A DNA stretch of 64,000 bases, taken from a bacterium (GTDB lineage Bacteria; Zhuqueibacterota; Zhuqueibacteria; Residuimicrobiales; Krinioviventaceae). The stretch spans positions 1,600,001 through 1,664,000 of the forward strand of contig CAXXMD010000002.1 of the NCBI GenBank assembly GCA_963675755.2, written 5' to 3'. Under the pieces are notes generated by a model. It did no database searches. It was not told the DNA's origin and worked only from the letters and a program-made list of their open reading frames with translations. Both the position numbers and the translations under genes were made by a program. Positions 40,563 through 49,531 of the stretch are shown here, one piece after another; within the stretch, counting starts at the first letter, position 1; every line of letters starts with the position of its first letter.

Positions 40563-41336
40563 CTAAAAGCCTACAGTTAAAGCCGATCTCCACCAGTTGT
40601 GATGTTTTTCTTCAAGTTCCATATTTGATGGGAACGGGTAAAAATTAAAAGCTTTCTGATCACCAACAAAAAATCCGTTCTTGATAGTCCGGTACAATAT
40701 GTCCCGATGAAAGCAGCGAAGTACCGTTTTGGTCCGTTTTTCGGTATTCTGTTGCAGATCAATCAGACAATCCCGTAAATGATCAATATTGGCATAAGGT
40801 AAATTTTCCGCAGAGCCGTCCGTGGGATTGTTTGCCAGTTCTTCAAGCACCAGCTCAACAAAAATTAAACGGGGTACTGAAATAGGATTTTTCCGATCCG
40901 TTACAAATCTGCAAAACGTTAACGGATCCAGGCTGCTGGCAATCTGTGGCATAACCGGTCCCAATTCCTGATACAAGTGCAACAGGGAACTGTCGGTATT
41001 TATATATTTCTGCTTTTGCAATTCAAGCACCCTGCCATCATCAGTTACAAGGAATAGATTCTGCAAAGCATCATTGGGAACATGTTCAACCACACGATAA
41101 ACAGATAAATACAAAGAACGTTTGGGTGATCCATCAGGGTGCGGCTGGCACCTTTCGTCAACATCCTTGAATGGAAAATGATCACTCTTGAATGTCGGAT
41201 CAACCTGAAAAAAGATCGCTTCTCCATGAGTACGTTTTTTGGTTCCTACCGCCAGATACTTGCCAAATTCAAGAGGCGGAAGCATAGATGCGATCAAAGA
41301 CTCGGGTGTTAAAGACAAGTACAGATACCTTTTCAT
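40563..41336 (-). CDS. Hypothetical cytoplasmic protein, probably co-transcribed with hppA
   Basis: 257 aa ORF with RBS AAGGAG, 48 bp upstream of hppA; no family recognised. Confidence 0.75.
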   Translation of the reverse strand: MKRYLYLSLTPESLIASMLPPLEFGKYLAVGTKKRTHGEAIFFQVDPTFKSDHFPFKDVDERCQPHPDGSPKRSLYLSVYRVVEHVPNDALQNLFLVTDDGRVLELQKQKYINTDSSLLHLYQELGPVMPQIASSLDPLTFCRFVTDRKNPISVPRLIFVELVLEELANNPTDGSAENLPYANIDHLRDCLIDLQQNTEKRTKTVLRCFHRDILYRTIKNGFFVGDQKAFNFYPFPSNMELEEKHHNWWRSALTVGF

Positions 41337-41579
41337 GACACTCTCCTTAATTTGTTTGTTGTTAACGAGTTGTGCCGCCGTCCGAAAGCATAATCGGTTC
41401 TGAAATTCATATCTGCAACAATGTCTTTTCCTGCCGAACAGAAAACAAGATTGTAATATAATAACTTTTTACAATAATGTCAATACAATTAAACACCTTA
41501 CATTTTTGTAGAACCGTTATCGATTACAATCCTGTTTTCACTCTATTATCAGAACATTTTTTAGAAAAAGTCGATTCCT

Positions 41580-42887
41580 CTATTTCTTTAACATCTTGAG
41601 CAGCCATTGATTTTTTGCTTCCCGCTGCTCAGGGAAATTCCAGTGGCCTGTTTCCAACGCCAGCAGCAGCTCTTTGGGGGCATCTATAACATTATAAGCC
41701 GCGTACATGGAAGTTGGCGGACAAGTGGTATCGTTAAATCCCCATGAATACCATCCCGGTACCTTGACTTGTTTAGCAAAATTGACCACATCATAATACT
41801 TGCTGGTCTCGATCTTGTCTTCTTTGACATTAAACGCCTTGTTGTCATCATTAAACATGTGCGGCCAGCCTCCTGCCCTGCCGTGCAGATAACCGGTCAA
41901 ATCACACAATGCGGGAAAAAACGCAGCCAAATACTTGATACGGGAATCCAGTCCGGCAGTGATAATAGACAATGCCCCGCCCTGACTGCCGCCGGTAACC
42001 GCAAGGTTTTCGCCGTCAAACTCGGGCAGGCTGTAGATAAAATCTATAGCCCGTACACAGCCCAGATAAACACGCTTGTAATAGTAATGGTCCTTGTCAT
42101 CCAGATTGTATACCCAGTATCCATCCAAAGCCGCGCGACGCAAATCATAATACACACCATCATCCATAGTCACGGGAATACCGTGAATACCAATATTGAA
42201 TGTAATTACTCCCTGTTCCGCCAAGGCAACGTCACCACGATAGGCACGTACGCCCGCGCCAGGGACTTCCAATACTGCCGGTACCTTGCCTTCAGTTTTG
42301 GGAACGCACAAGATACCGTACAAGCGGGAATCGCGTTTTTCATTCTGCAGATTGACATGGTATACATTGACTTTGGCAGTGCAGCTCTCTGGAATCAGCG
42401 TTACGATGGGATCCATGGATACCTCTGCGGCTTTGGATTTCTCCTGTTCCCAGAATTCAACAAAATCTTTGGGGACGGTTGTTGTGGGTTCGATTTGCAA
42501 TGGAGCGAATCCCGCGGTGGCGCAGCTTTTGTACTCTTGTCCGTCTACTGTAGCCGTTGCCCAGCAGCGCAGAAATCCCGGATTCTTCATCGTGCCGCCA
42601 TCAATAGTCGTTGAGCCTGATTTCAACACCTCAGATTTGGATTTCAGCGTCTCCATTTTCTCGGGTTTGATTTCCCAGAACACAGATACATCGTGAACAG
42701 GGTTTCCCGCACGCAGCACTGTAATAGTGAATTTTGCTTTTTCACCCACCTCGTACTGCCAGTTGTCATGGTCCGGTGCGACGACTACTTTTACCAGCTC
42801 CTGCCTTGGTTGGGCGAATAAAGCAGTTGAAATTAAGAGTATAGATACAATAATACAATGAATAGATAACCTGGAACGATTCAACAT
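41580..42887 (-). CDS. Acetylxylan esterase / cephalosporin-C deacetylase (CE7, AXE1)
   Basis: GGSQGG nucleophile elbow, GFNDTTCPPTS, ETGH; signal peptide; start at MLNRS after GGAGG. Confidence 0.9.
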   Translation of the reverse strand: MLNRSRLSIHCIIVSILLISTALFAQPRQELVKVVVAPDHDNWQYEVGEKAKFTITVLRAGNPVHDVSVFWEIKPEKMETLKSKSEVLKSGSTTIDGGTMKNPGFLRCWATATVDGQEYKSCATAGFAPLQIEPTTTVPKDFVEFWEQEKSKAAEVSMDPIVTLIPESCTAKVNVYHVNLQNEKRDSRLYGILCVPKTEGKVPAVLEVPGAGVRAYRGDVALAEQGVITFNIGIHGIPVTMDDGVYYDLRRAALDGYWVYNLDDKDHYYYKRVYLGCVRAIDFIYSLPEFDGENLAVTGGSQGGALSIITAGLDSRIKYLAAFFPALCDLTGYLHGRAGGWPHMFNDDNKAFNVKEDKIETSKYYDVVNFAKQVKVPGWYSWGFNDTTCPPTSMYAAYNVIDAPKELLLALETGHWNFPEQREAKNQWLLKMLKK

Positions 42888-43067
42888 TTCAACCTCCGTA
42901 TTGTTGGGTAATAGGAAACAATACAAAACCTTGCGGATATATGCAACAGCAATTTAGGCATTAGACAGACGTGGTGCCTGCCAACTATCTCTATTGAACA
43001 CTGAAAATATATGGATTCTTTTGGAAGCAATATTAAAAAGATAAATTTTAGGATATATGAATTAAAA

Positions 43068-43293
43068 GAACACGAAAAAAACGGTTTACACTAATTTTCA
43101 CAAATTATAGTTTGGTAAAATTTATTTTTATTAAATCATCAAGATTTTCTTATTGCTGACTTGATATTTTAAGAGATAACTTTTGATTCAACTAAAATTG
43201 TTTCCATTCTACAAAAGTTTGAAAACATCACATCTCGAATTGCTTTTATCTAAAAATTTGTGAAAATTCGTTTTATTTGTGTCATTCGTGTTC
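43068..43293. repeat. Pair of 39-bp imperfect inverted repeats enclosing 148 bp (MITE-like)
   Basis: Left GAACACGAA-N16-AATTTTCACAAATT (43068-43106); the right arm (43255-43293) reverse-complements to the same 9-nt and 14-nt blocks with identical spacing. Confidence 0.7.
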
Positions 43294-43386
43294 ATAAATA
43301 TTCATGGCAAAACCAAAAGGCCTCTACATTTCAACAAAGAAAATTGATAAAAAAATAAAAAAATCTACTAAAAAATACAATTTTTC

Positions 43387-43415
43387 TTGACAATGACATA
43401 AATCATGCGTATGAT
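43387..43415 (+). promoter_or_regulatory. Sigma70-type promoter of the beta-barrel cluster
   Basis: TTGACA-17 bp-TATGAT. Confidence 0.75.
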
Positions 43416-43523
43416 TAATATATGCAAAACATTACGAGCAGAGGGAAGGATGCTTGTAATGTTTGTGCTCGTCCGGGGTTGTAATGCAGGTTAAAATTTC
43501 AACCAATCTTTCAGGGGTGAAAT

Positions 43524-44244
43524 ATGCCAAAAATATCAGCAATTATTTATCCAATCCTCTTTATCATTGTAACCAGTCCACTGTACTCACAAACCCGTCT
43601 GGGAATCTATGCCGGTGGAAATTATTATGATAAAGTCCAGGAACCTGCATTCACCCCTATCGATAAAAACAATCTGGCAAAAAACAGTAGAATCATTTTT
43701 GACAATGACGGCTATTCCTATCAACTCGGACTTTTATTGAAAATCAAATCCAGATTTGGATTTTCGATCGAATACCGGGGGAAAACGGACCTGTGAGTTT
43801 GACTATCCCAAAACATTTACGCCGTATGTTTATGGACCCAATACCTATTGGATCAAATCACATAGTTCAAGCTGGAATTTTGGTGTATCTGCGGATTTTG
43901 TAAAATTCCACAAATTCAGCTTGAATGCGGGTGTTGGTATAAGCCATACCAAGATTGAAGGATTTTTTAGAGATGGCTTTGTACATCCCACCAGCCACAA
44001 ATTGATTTATATCTCTCCTGAAGAAGGATATTCTTCTTGTGGATCTAAAAAAATATATCATCCTCTTTTTACGTTGGGAGTGGATTATAATATTTTTAAA
44101 AAGTTCACAATCGGGACCGCGGTTAAATACAGTTCCGGAGAAATCAAACAATGGAAATGGGGTGGCGATTATAATAAACATTTATTTGATCAGCAATTAT
44201 ACGGCATGTATTATATGGTAAATCTGGTTTATTGGATTATTTAA
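43524..44244 (+). pseudogene. Outer-membrane beta-barrel gene split by a single-base frameshift
   Basis: ORF1 43524..43796 (signal peptide, LGIYAGGNY) overlaps ORF2 43756..44244 in the +1 frame; removing one base of the GGGGGAAAA run (~43777-43785) gives one continuous ORF. Confidence 0.7.
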
Positions 44245-44302
44245 CCGCTGGTATTTATCACAAACATCTAAATTGAAAATTTGCTAATTTCAACATCATG
44301 TT

Positions 44303-45007
44303 ATGGGTTTCCTGAGTCAGTATATGAATAAAATCATACTTTTAATTCTCTTTTCAACTTTTGTATATTCTCAAGATATCAAATATAGCTTGAATGCGGG
44401 CACAAATTATTCATCGGTAATTTCTGAATCCGGTATTCAATATCAAAACGGTATTACCCTGGGATTCAGCAGAGAACGAATTCTAAACACAAACCAATCC
44501 TCTTTTGAAATATTATATCTATATACCTTAAAAAAAAGTTCACTGGAAAATAAAACCATCAAATATGTGGATAATGGAGTTTCCATAACCCAAGGAGATA
44601 TTCACATAAAGCTTGCAACAATTGATATTTGCATGCACAAAAATTTCTATTGGAGCGTTCATGAACCATTCAGGTTCTCACTCCTGGCAGGCCCCTGTTT
44701 CTCCTTATGTATTTCAGACAAATCCACAACCTGGACTGATAAAAGTCTTTGCAGTTCTAACATAAACGATATCAATTGTCAGGATTTGAATTATGATTAT
44801 GATACCGAGAATGACAATTTATCAGGGTTTATCACCAAATTGAGTAATTCAGGATTCGGATTTGATTTCGGTATAGGATTCCATTTTAACAATCTGGCAG
44901 TTAAATTTATTTATCAATTACCCCTCTATCAGATAGATACGGTTAAAAACATCAAACTCGATAAATACTATCATGCAGTAAATATATTTCTAGCTTGTTC
45001 GTTTTGA
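44303..45007 (+). CDS. Outer-membrane beta-barrel (porin/PorT-like family) protein
   Basis: Signal peptide, 'YSLNAGTNYS', alternating hydrophobic strands, C-terminal Phe; true start probably MNKIIL. Confidence 0.72.
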   Translation: MGFLSQYMNKIILLILFSTFVYSQDIKYSLNAGTNYSSVISESGIQYQNGITLGFSRERILNTNQSSFEILYLYTLKKSSLENKTIKYVDNGVSITQGDIHIKLATIDICMHKNFYWSVHEPFRFSLLAGPCFSLCISDKSTTWTDKSLCSSNINDINCQDLNYDYDTENDNLSGFITKLSNSGFGFDFGIGFHFNNLAVKFIYQLPLYQIDTVKNIKLDKYYHAVNIFLACSF

Positions 45008-45029
45008 ATTTTAAAAGCAATGAGGGACC

Positions 45030-45731
45030 ATGTATACCAGTAGATTTAAACTTTTTATTATTGTGATTTTATTTTGCGGTATAAATTCAATAGCTTCCAC
45101 CTATATTAAAGGTGGTCTGACTTTTTCAAATTTTCAAAATGTGAGTGACAGTTCTCAACCGGGTAAAACCATGGGCATAGGTTGGGACTGGGTGTTTGGG
45201 AAAAACTCTTCAATAATAACATTTGGATTTGATTTGTGCTATACAGAAAGAGGTGGAATTTTAAAGGACCGTAAAATCATTACCAATTATTATCAATCAA
45301 CCGTATATTTAAATTCATACGATTTGAATGTCAAAGTGGGTTTTATTGATGTCCCTCTAAATGCTTCAATTAATATTCCTATTAAAGAAAAGCTAAAATT
45401 AAAACTTACATTCGGAAAAAGCCTGCCTATTGCAATTAATGACAAGAGTAAATTAAAAAATGAAAAACTTTTAATGGAATTAGACAAAGGTTGGGAGCAA
45501 GATCCGGAAATTACCGAGCTGGTTGATTACGTTGACGCAGGTGAGTCATCATTGGGCTCTCAAAAATTAAAACTGAGTGATTGGCTTTATTCGATAAGCA
45601 TAGAATACTCACATATTGGATTTCAAATTCAATATCTAAATGAAGGGCAATATCTTTCTCGTGTTTTGAATTTCACACAGTTGAATGAAAAGATGCATTC
45701 ATTCAACTTTATTCTTTACCTTGTTCTCTGA
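45030..45731 (+). CDS. Outer-membrane beta-barrel (porin/PorT-like family) protein
   Basis: 'YIKGGLTFS', 'YTERGG', 'FIDVPL' pattern. Confidence 0.75.
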   Translation: MYTSRFKLFIIVILFCGINSIASTYIKGGLTFSNFQNVSDSSQPGKTMGIGWDWVFGKNSSIITFGFDLCYTERGGILKDRKIITNYYQSTVYLNSYDLNVKVGFIDVPLNASINIPIKEKLKLKLTFGKSLPIAINDKSKLKNEKLLMELDKGWEQDPEITELVDYVDAGESSLGSQKLKLSDWLYSISIEYSHIGFQIQYLNEGQYLSRVLNFTQLNEKMHSFNFILYLVL

Positions 45732-45794
45732 GGTATTATAATTAAAATCAAATCCTTACGACTACAGACTTTTGATTAACGACCATTTGTACAT

Positions 45795-45839
45795 GTCCAC
45801 CTGACGGTGGACAATCCCATTGAAATGGGATCTACAGGT
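45795..45839. repeat. 45-bp double-hairpin REP-like element, copy 1
   Basis: GTCCACCTGACGGTGGAC + ATCCCATTGAAATGGGAT + CTAC; the minus strand reads GTAG followed by a hairpin. Confidence 0.8.
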
Positions 45840-45947
45840 ATGATAAAATGCAATTTGTATTGACGTTCGACCATGTATTGAGTTGTTTATAATCCATTAT
45901 CATAAATACATGTTTGTCATATTGCATTAATCATTAAAAAGGATTGT

Positions 45948-46616
45948 ATGATAAATACTGGTTTTAAAACATTCATTTTTTTTATCATTGTGTTTACATT
46001 AAACCCTGCTCAGGGCGCAATAGGCATTAAAGGAGGTGTCAATTATACATATTATAAAAATCCTGCAATTCACCCCAAAGTTGGTGAAACCTGGGGCGTA
46101 TTTAAAGAATTTCGACTTGGAAACAGATTTTTTCTCGAATCTCAATTTTGTATAACACATTTAATGGGCAATGAGTTTAATGCTACAGAAGCTGGCGGCC
46201 CTTGGGGTATGGAAGATGACAGAATATATGTTATAAATATTCACATTCATGCTGTATTTTTAGAATTTCCGTTTTTGTTTAAATTCACGGTTTATTCTCA
46301 AAATAATTTCAAAGTGAATGTAACAGCAGGTCCATCTTTTGCCTGGGGATTATATGATAAATCGAAAAGAATTATTATTAGGAAAGAGGATAAAGATGAC
46401 TTTGAAAATCAAACTATCGATTATCATCTTGCCGATTATGGAGGTCTAGCAAGCAATGGTAAAAGCTGGAATTTTGGCCTGGAATTTATCTTGAGGAAAA
46501 TATCTCTAGAATTTCGGTACAGCAATATCACTTATGATCTGGATATGCTTGCAGACCTTTGGTTCAAAGAGGAACTGACACACGCATTTATATTGATTGG
46601 AGGAATGCGATTTTAA
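45948..46616 (+). CDS. Outer-membrane beta-barrel (porin/PorT-like family) protein
   Basis: 'IGIKGGVNY', 'FLEFPFLFKF', 'AGPSF', 'LEFRY', C-terminal Phe. Confidence 0.8.
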   Translation: MINTGFKTFIFFIIVFTLNPAQGAIGIKGGVNYTYYKNPAIHPKVGETWGVFKEFRLGNRFFLESQFCITHLMGNEFNATEAGGPWGMEDDRIYVINIHIHAVFLEFPFLFKFTVYSQNNFKVNVTAGPSFAWGLYDKSKRIIIRKEDKDDFENQTIDYHLADYGGLASNGKSWNFGLEFILRKISLEFRYSNITYDLDMLADLWFKEELTHAFILIGGMRF

Positions 46617-46664
46617 AAAGATAGTTCAATTTAAAAAAGATCTTGACTTATAGTACTTGATCGA

Positions 46665-46709
46665 GTCCCCCTGGCGGTGGACAATCCCATTAAAATGGGA
46701 TCTACAGGT
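46665..46709. repeat. 45-bp double-hairpin REP-like element, copy 2
   Basis: 42/45 identical to 45795-45839, same orientation. Confidence 0.8.
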
Positions 46710-46826
46710 GAAACAAAAATTTATTCCTGCATCAGTTCGCAGACACAAGCTTAAACTAACAATCGTTTATTCATAGAACCAGCGCTTTACAATACATTTT
46801 TTAAAATCGCATAATATCTACCATCA

Positions 46827-47504
46827 CTATTCATTATACTTTTCATTAAAAAAATCTATTACTTCTTGCTTGTTAGATTGTACATGATTAATGATTTGAT
46901 TGAAATCAAAGTCATTATTTCTTCTTTTTAAAAATTCCAGAAAATCTCCATAAAAATTTTCTGCACTAATTGGTTTGTTATTAATAATTTCATACCAGTC
47001 TTTTAAAATCGATTTATCAGTTGTTTGTAAATAATTCATAGGCAGCCAATAAGGTTTAAATGGTCTTAAAAATTCTTTTAAATTAACATCGAGATTTACT
47101 TGCTGATGAAAATGTTTTAAATACTTGGCCAATATCATATAAGTCATTGTTTTTTGTATTTCACCACCAGGTTCCATTTCTTTAACCCAAAATTGAATAA
47201 CTTCCTGTTTATTGTTTTGCAAATACCAAATCAATGAATCATAATCGTATTTAAATTCATCGGCCTCTTTTTTTACATATTCAATCATAGAACAATAAAA
47301 CGTTTCAGCAGACATATTTTTACTGTCTACTATGGAACACCAATCATCCCAAAGCATATTATCCAAAAGTTCTAATTCATCAAAATACCAGTCTGGCATC
47401 ATTATTAAGGATAATATATCAGCTAATTCTAAAAAATTGGTATTTTTTTTCCAATAGCCATCTAAATAACGTCCTAAAAGTATGAATGAAATCTCTTTTT
47501 GCAT
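46827..47504 (-). CDS. Hypothetical protein made of two ~110-aa internal repeats
   Basis: QKEISFILLGRYL..DDW..SAETFY..QNNKQEVIQF recurs as QKTMTYMILAKYL..KDW..SAENFY..QSNKQEVIDF. Confidence 0.75.
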   Translation of the reverse strand: MQKEISFILLGRYLDGYWKKNTNFLELADILSLIMMPDWYFDELELLDNMLWDDWCSIVDSKNMSAETFYCSMIEYVKKEADEFKYDYDSLIWYLQNNKQEVIQFWVKEMEPGGEIQKTMTYMILAKYLKHFHQQVNLDVNLKEFLRPFKPYWLPMNYLQTTDKSILKDWYEIINNKPISAENFYGDFLEFLKRRNNDFDFNQIINHVQSNKQEVIDFFNEKYNE

Positions 47505-47556
47505 ATATTATCCTTTGTTACTCAATCTCATTTATAAATTGGCGACTTGGCCACTC

Positions 47557-47600
47557 CAATCCTATAATCCCTGAATCCTAAAAATCTTAATTCAGACAAT
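47557..47600. repeat. 44-bp AATC-periodic element ending TTCAGACAAT, copy 1 of 3
   Basis: CAATCCTATAATCCCTGAATCCTAAAAATCTTAATTCAGACAAT; other copies at 49347-49390 and 49455-49498. Confidence 0.85.
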
Positions 47601-47603
47601 AAA

Positions 47604-47849
47604 TCAATTATCTTCTCTCTCATCAGGCAAAGGATCACGCACGTCTTTAATAAACTTTCGTTCTGTCGCACCAAACTCTTTAAAATTTATTTTAGCCTGA
47701 TTCAAGCTGACTTTATTGGCCCCTCCTGCATAAGATGGATCATTAAACTGTACTTCATCATCTTCCCAGAAACAAACTGAACAAATTTCGTACGTTCCGG
47801 GAGGAGCTTCTGACAAAGTTATATAGCCACAACAAGGACACTTGAACAT
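47604..47849 (-). CDS. CPCC-family cysteine-rich protein
   Basis: CPCCGYITL...YEICSVCFWEDD...GGANKVSLNQAKINF. Confidence 0.9.
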   Translation of the reverse strand: MFKCPCCGYITLSEAPPGTYEICSVCFWEDDEVQFNDPSYAGGANKVSLNQAKINFKEFGATERKFIKDVRDPLPDEREDN

Positions 47850-47979
47850 TGTTTAATTACCCCATATGTTTTTGTTTTAACAAAAATTCCATTCCCATAC
47901 CAGTTCGCAGCCCGGGCTAAAGACTCAGACTACTGACCAATCACGAGTATCGAAAATGAGAACCTCTAAAATAAATTCT

Positions 47980-48888
47980 TTATTCACTCTTATTACCCCA
48001 AATTTGTATGCCACTAATACATGTATCCTGATAGTTTGAACCATTATACACATCTTTAATGATTAATTTAACAGATTTTGTAATGCGGGGAGATAAAGAT
48101 TTATATTGCCATTCCATTATATCTGAAAAGTTTAATGATTCAGATAAACCATCAGAATAAATCAATTCAATCTCTTTTACCCGATTATTGTTGGAATACG
48201 TGCTTTTCGACGCAAAATAACCGGCTTGAATTCTCAAACCGGAAATTTGACAACTGGAATTAAAATCGAATAGTATCCACTCTCCAATTCCATCTCCTTT
48301 AGCTCCTTCTACCCAGGCTGTTTTTTCTGATCCGTCAAAAAGGTTTTGAGAACCATAATAATCCTTTTGTTGATTGGGGCCAGTTAGAACAGATGAACAT
48401 GTAATACTCGTATCTTCTTTTTTTATAATATTTTGTTCTATATATTTTTCTAATGCTATGCTAATAAAATCCATTGCTCTTGTTTTTAATTCATCAGACA
48501 TCTCACTTTTCATGATTGAATCAGCTATTTTTTTCATATCAATCAAGTCACTAACCGGATTATTAGTTTGGAATTGAAGAGCTTTTAATTCTCTGCTGTT
48601 TAATTGATTTATGATACCAAAGAAAACCTGGGGACGTCGTTCCATTAACAAGAAAAGGACTTCATTACCCCATTCACTAAATTCAACATTATTAATACAG
48701 TGATCATTGGAGAATGATTTTAAAAATTGCAGCAAATCAGCAGAATCAATTGTATCAATATTTTCATTTATATAAGAAACTACTTTGACGCAATCATCCG
48801 TGTTCTCAATTGTATGAATGGGTTGGCTTGCTGAAAGTGATTGGATCAAAATGATATTTATTATGAAATATTTGAAATATTTTATCAA
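47980..48888 (-). CDS. Secreted protein with a C-terminal discoidin/NADase-type glycan-binding-like domain
   Basis: Signal peptide; NLFDGSEKTAWVEGAKGDGIGEWI...NNRVKEI...GSNYQDTCISGI. Confidence 0.75.
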   Translation of the reverse strand: MIKYFKYFIINIILIQSLSASQPIHTIENTDDCVKVVSYINENIDTIDSADLLQFLKSFSNDHCINNVEFSEWGNEVLFLLMERRPQVFFGIINQLNSRELKALQFQTNNPVSDLIDMKKIADSIMKSEMSDELKTRAMDFISIALEKYIEQNIIKKEDTSITCSSVLTGPNQQKDYYGSQNLFDGSEKTAWVEGAKGDGIGEWILFDFNSSCQISGLRIQAGYFASKSTYSNNNRVKEIELIYSDGLSESLNFSDIMEWQYKSLSPRITKSVKLIIKDVYNGSNYQDTCISGIQIWGNKSE

Positions 48889-49094
48889 TTTCTACTCCTT
48901 TTTTAAAAAAGATTCCCACTCCCGGGCCACAGGTCAAGGTTACAAATAAATGATCTATGATAATAATCCACGATATCCCCTTTTGGATGATTTAATAATA
49001 TAGCAAAAAATATATACAAGTGAAATATTCAAGTATGATGCTTACAGGCTTTAAATCCATAACCCTGACGTAAATAAAAAACTACCAATTCTGT

Positions 49095-49501
49095 AACCGG
49101 TGCTTCGATACGTCTGCCATCCGGCGAACTACTCAGCAACCGGTTTATTGTATTAATTAAGCCAGTGCCCCAGAGTCCCGTCCATTATTTGCCCTTAGCT
49201 TGTCGAAGGGCTCGCGGATCGGGATGTATCCAAGGCCCGGTAATAGTCAACCAAGTACAACTTGGTTGACAGGTAGTTGAGAACTCTCCCCACTCCTACG
49301 AAACATTCACCTAAAGCATACACTCGGGTATCATTGTGCGTTATTTCAATCCTAAAATCTTTTAATCCTAAAAATCATAATTCAGACAATGAGTCAAACG
49401 GCCCTTCGATACATTCACCTTCGCCGAACACTCAGGGACCGTTGTACGCTATACCAATCCTACAATCTTTAAATCCTAAAAATCTTAATTCAGACAATGA
49501 G
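49095..49501. repeat. Cluster of nested and tandem small palindromic repeats
   Basis: CTTCGATAC...ACTCAG stem-loops (49095-49145, 49397-49443, decayed ~49290-49330); GCCCTTAGCTTGTCGAAGGGC (49191-49211); perfect 11-bp hairpin (49246-49270); two AATC elements. Confidence 0.8.
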
Positions 49502-49531
49502 CAAATCAAGGTAATCCGTTAATCTTGTTAA

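Noticed and set aside
41769-42614. 281-aa plus-strand ORF
   Set aside because: Antisense shadow of the CE7 esterase.
43770-43796. Programmed -1 ribosomal frameshift
   Set aside because: The downstream ORF is in the +1 frame, and there is no in-frame X XXY YYZ heptamer.
47557-49498. CRISPR array from the 44-bp AATC repeats
   Set aside because: Only three copies, irregular spacing, the intervening DNA is itself repetitive, and there are no cas genes.
43524-49500. Integron cassette array
   Set aside because: No integrase and no convincing RYYYAAC...GTTRRRY attC structure; the genes lie on both strands.
49277-49522. 81-aa ORF
   Set aside because: It is the translation of the tandem repeat unit, with no RBS or protein-like features.
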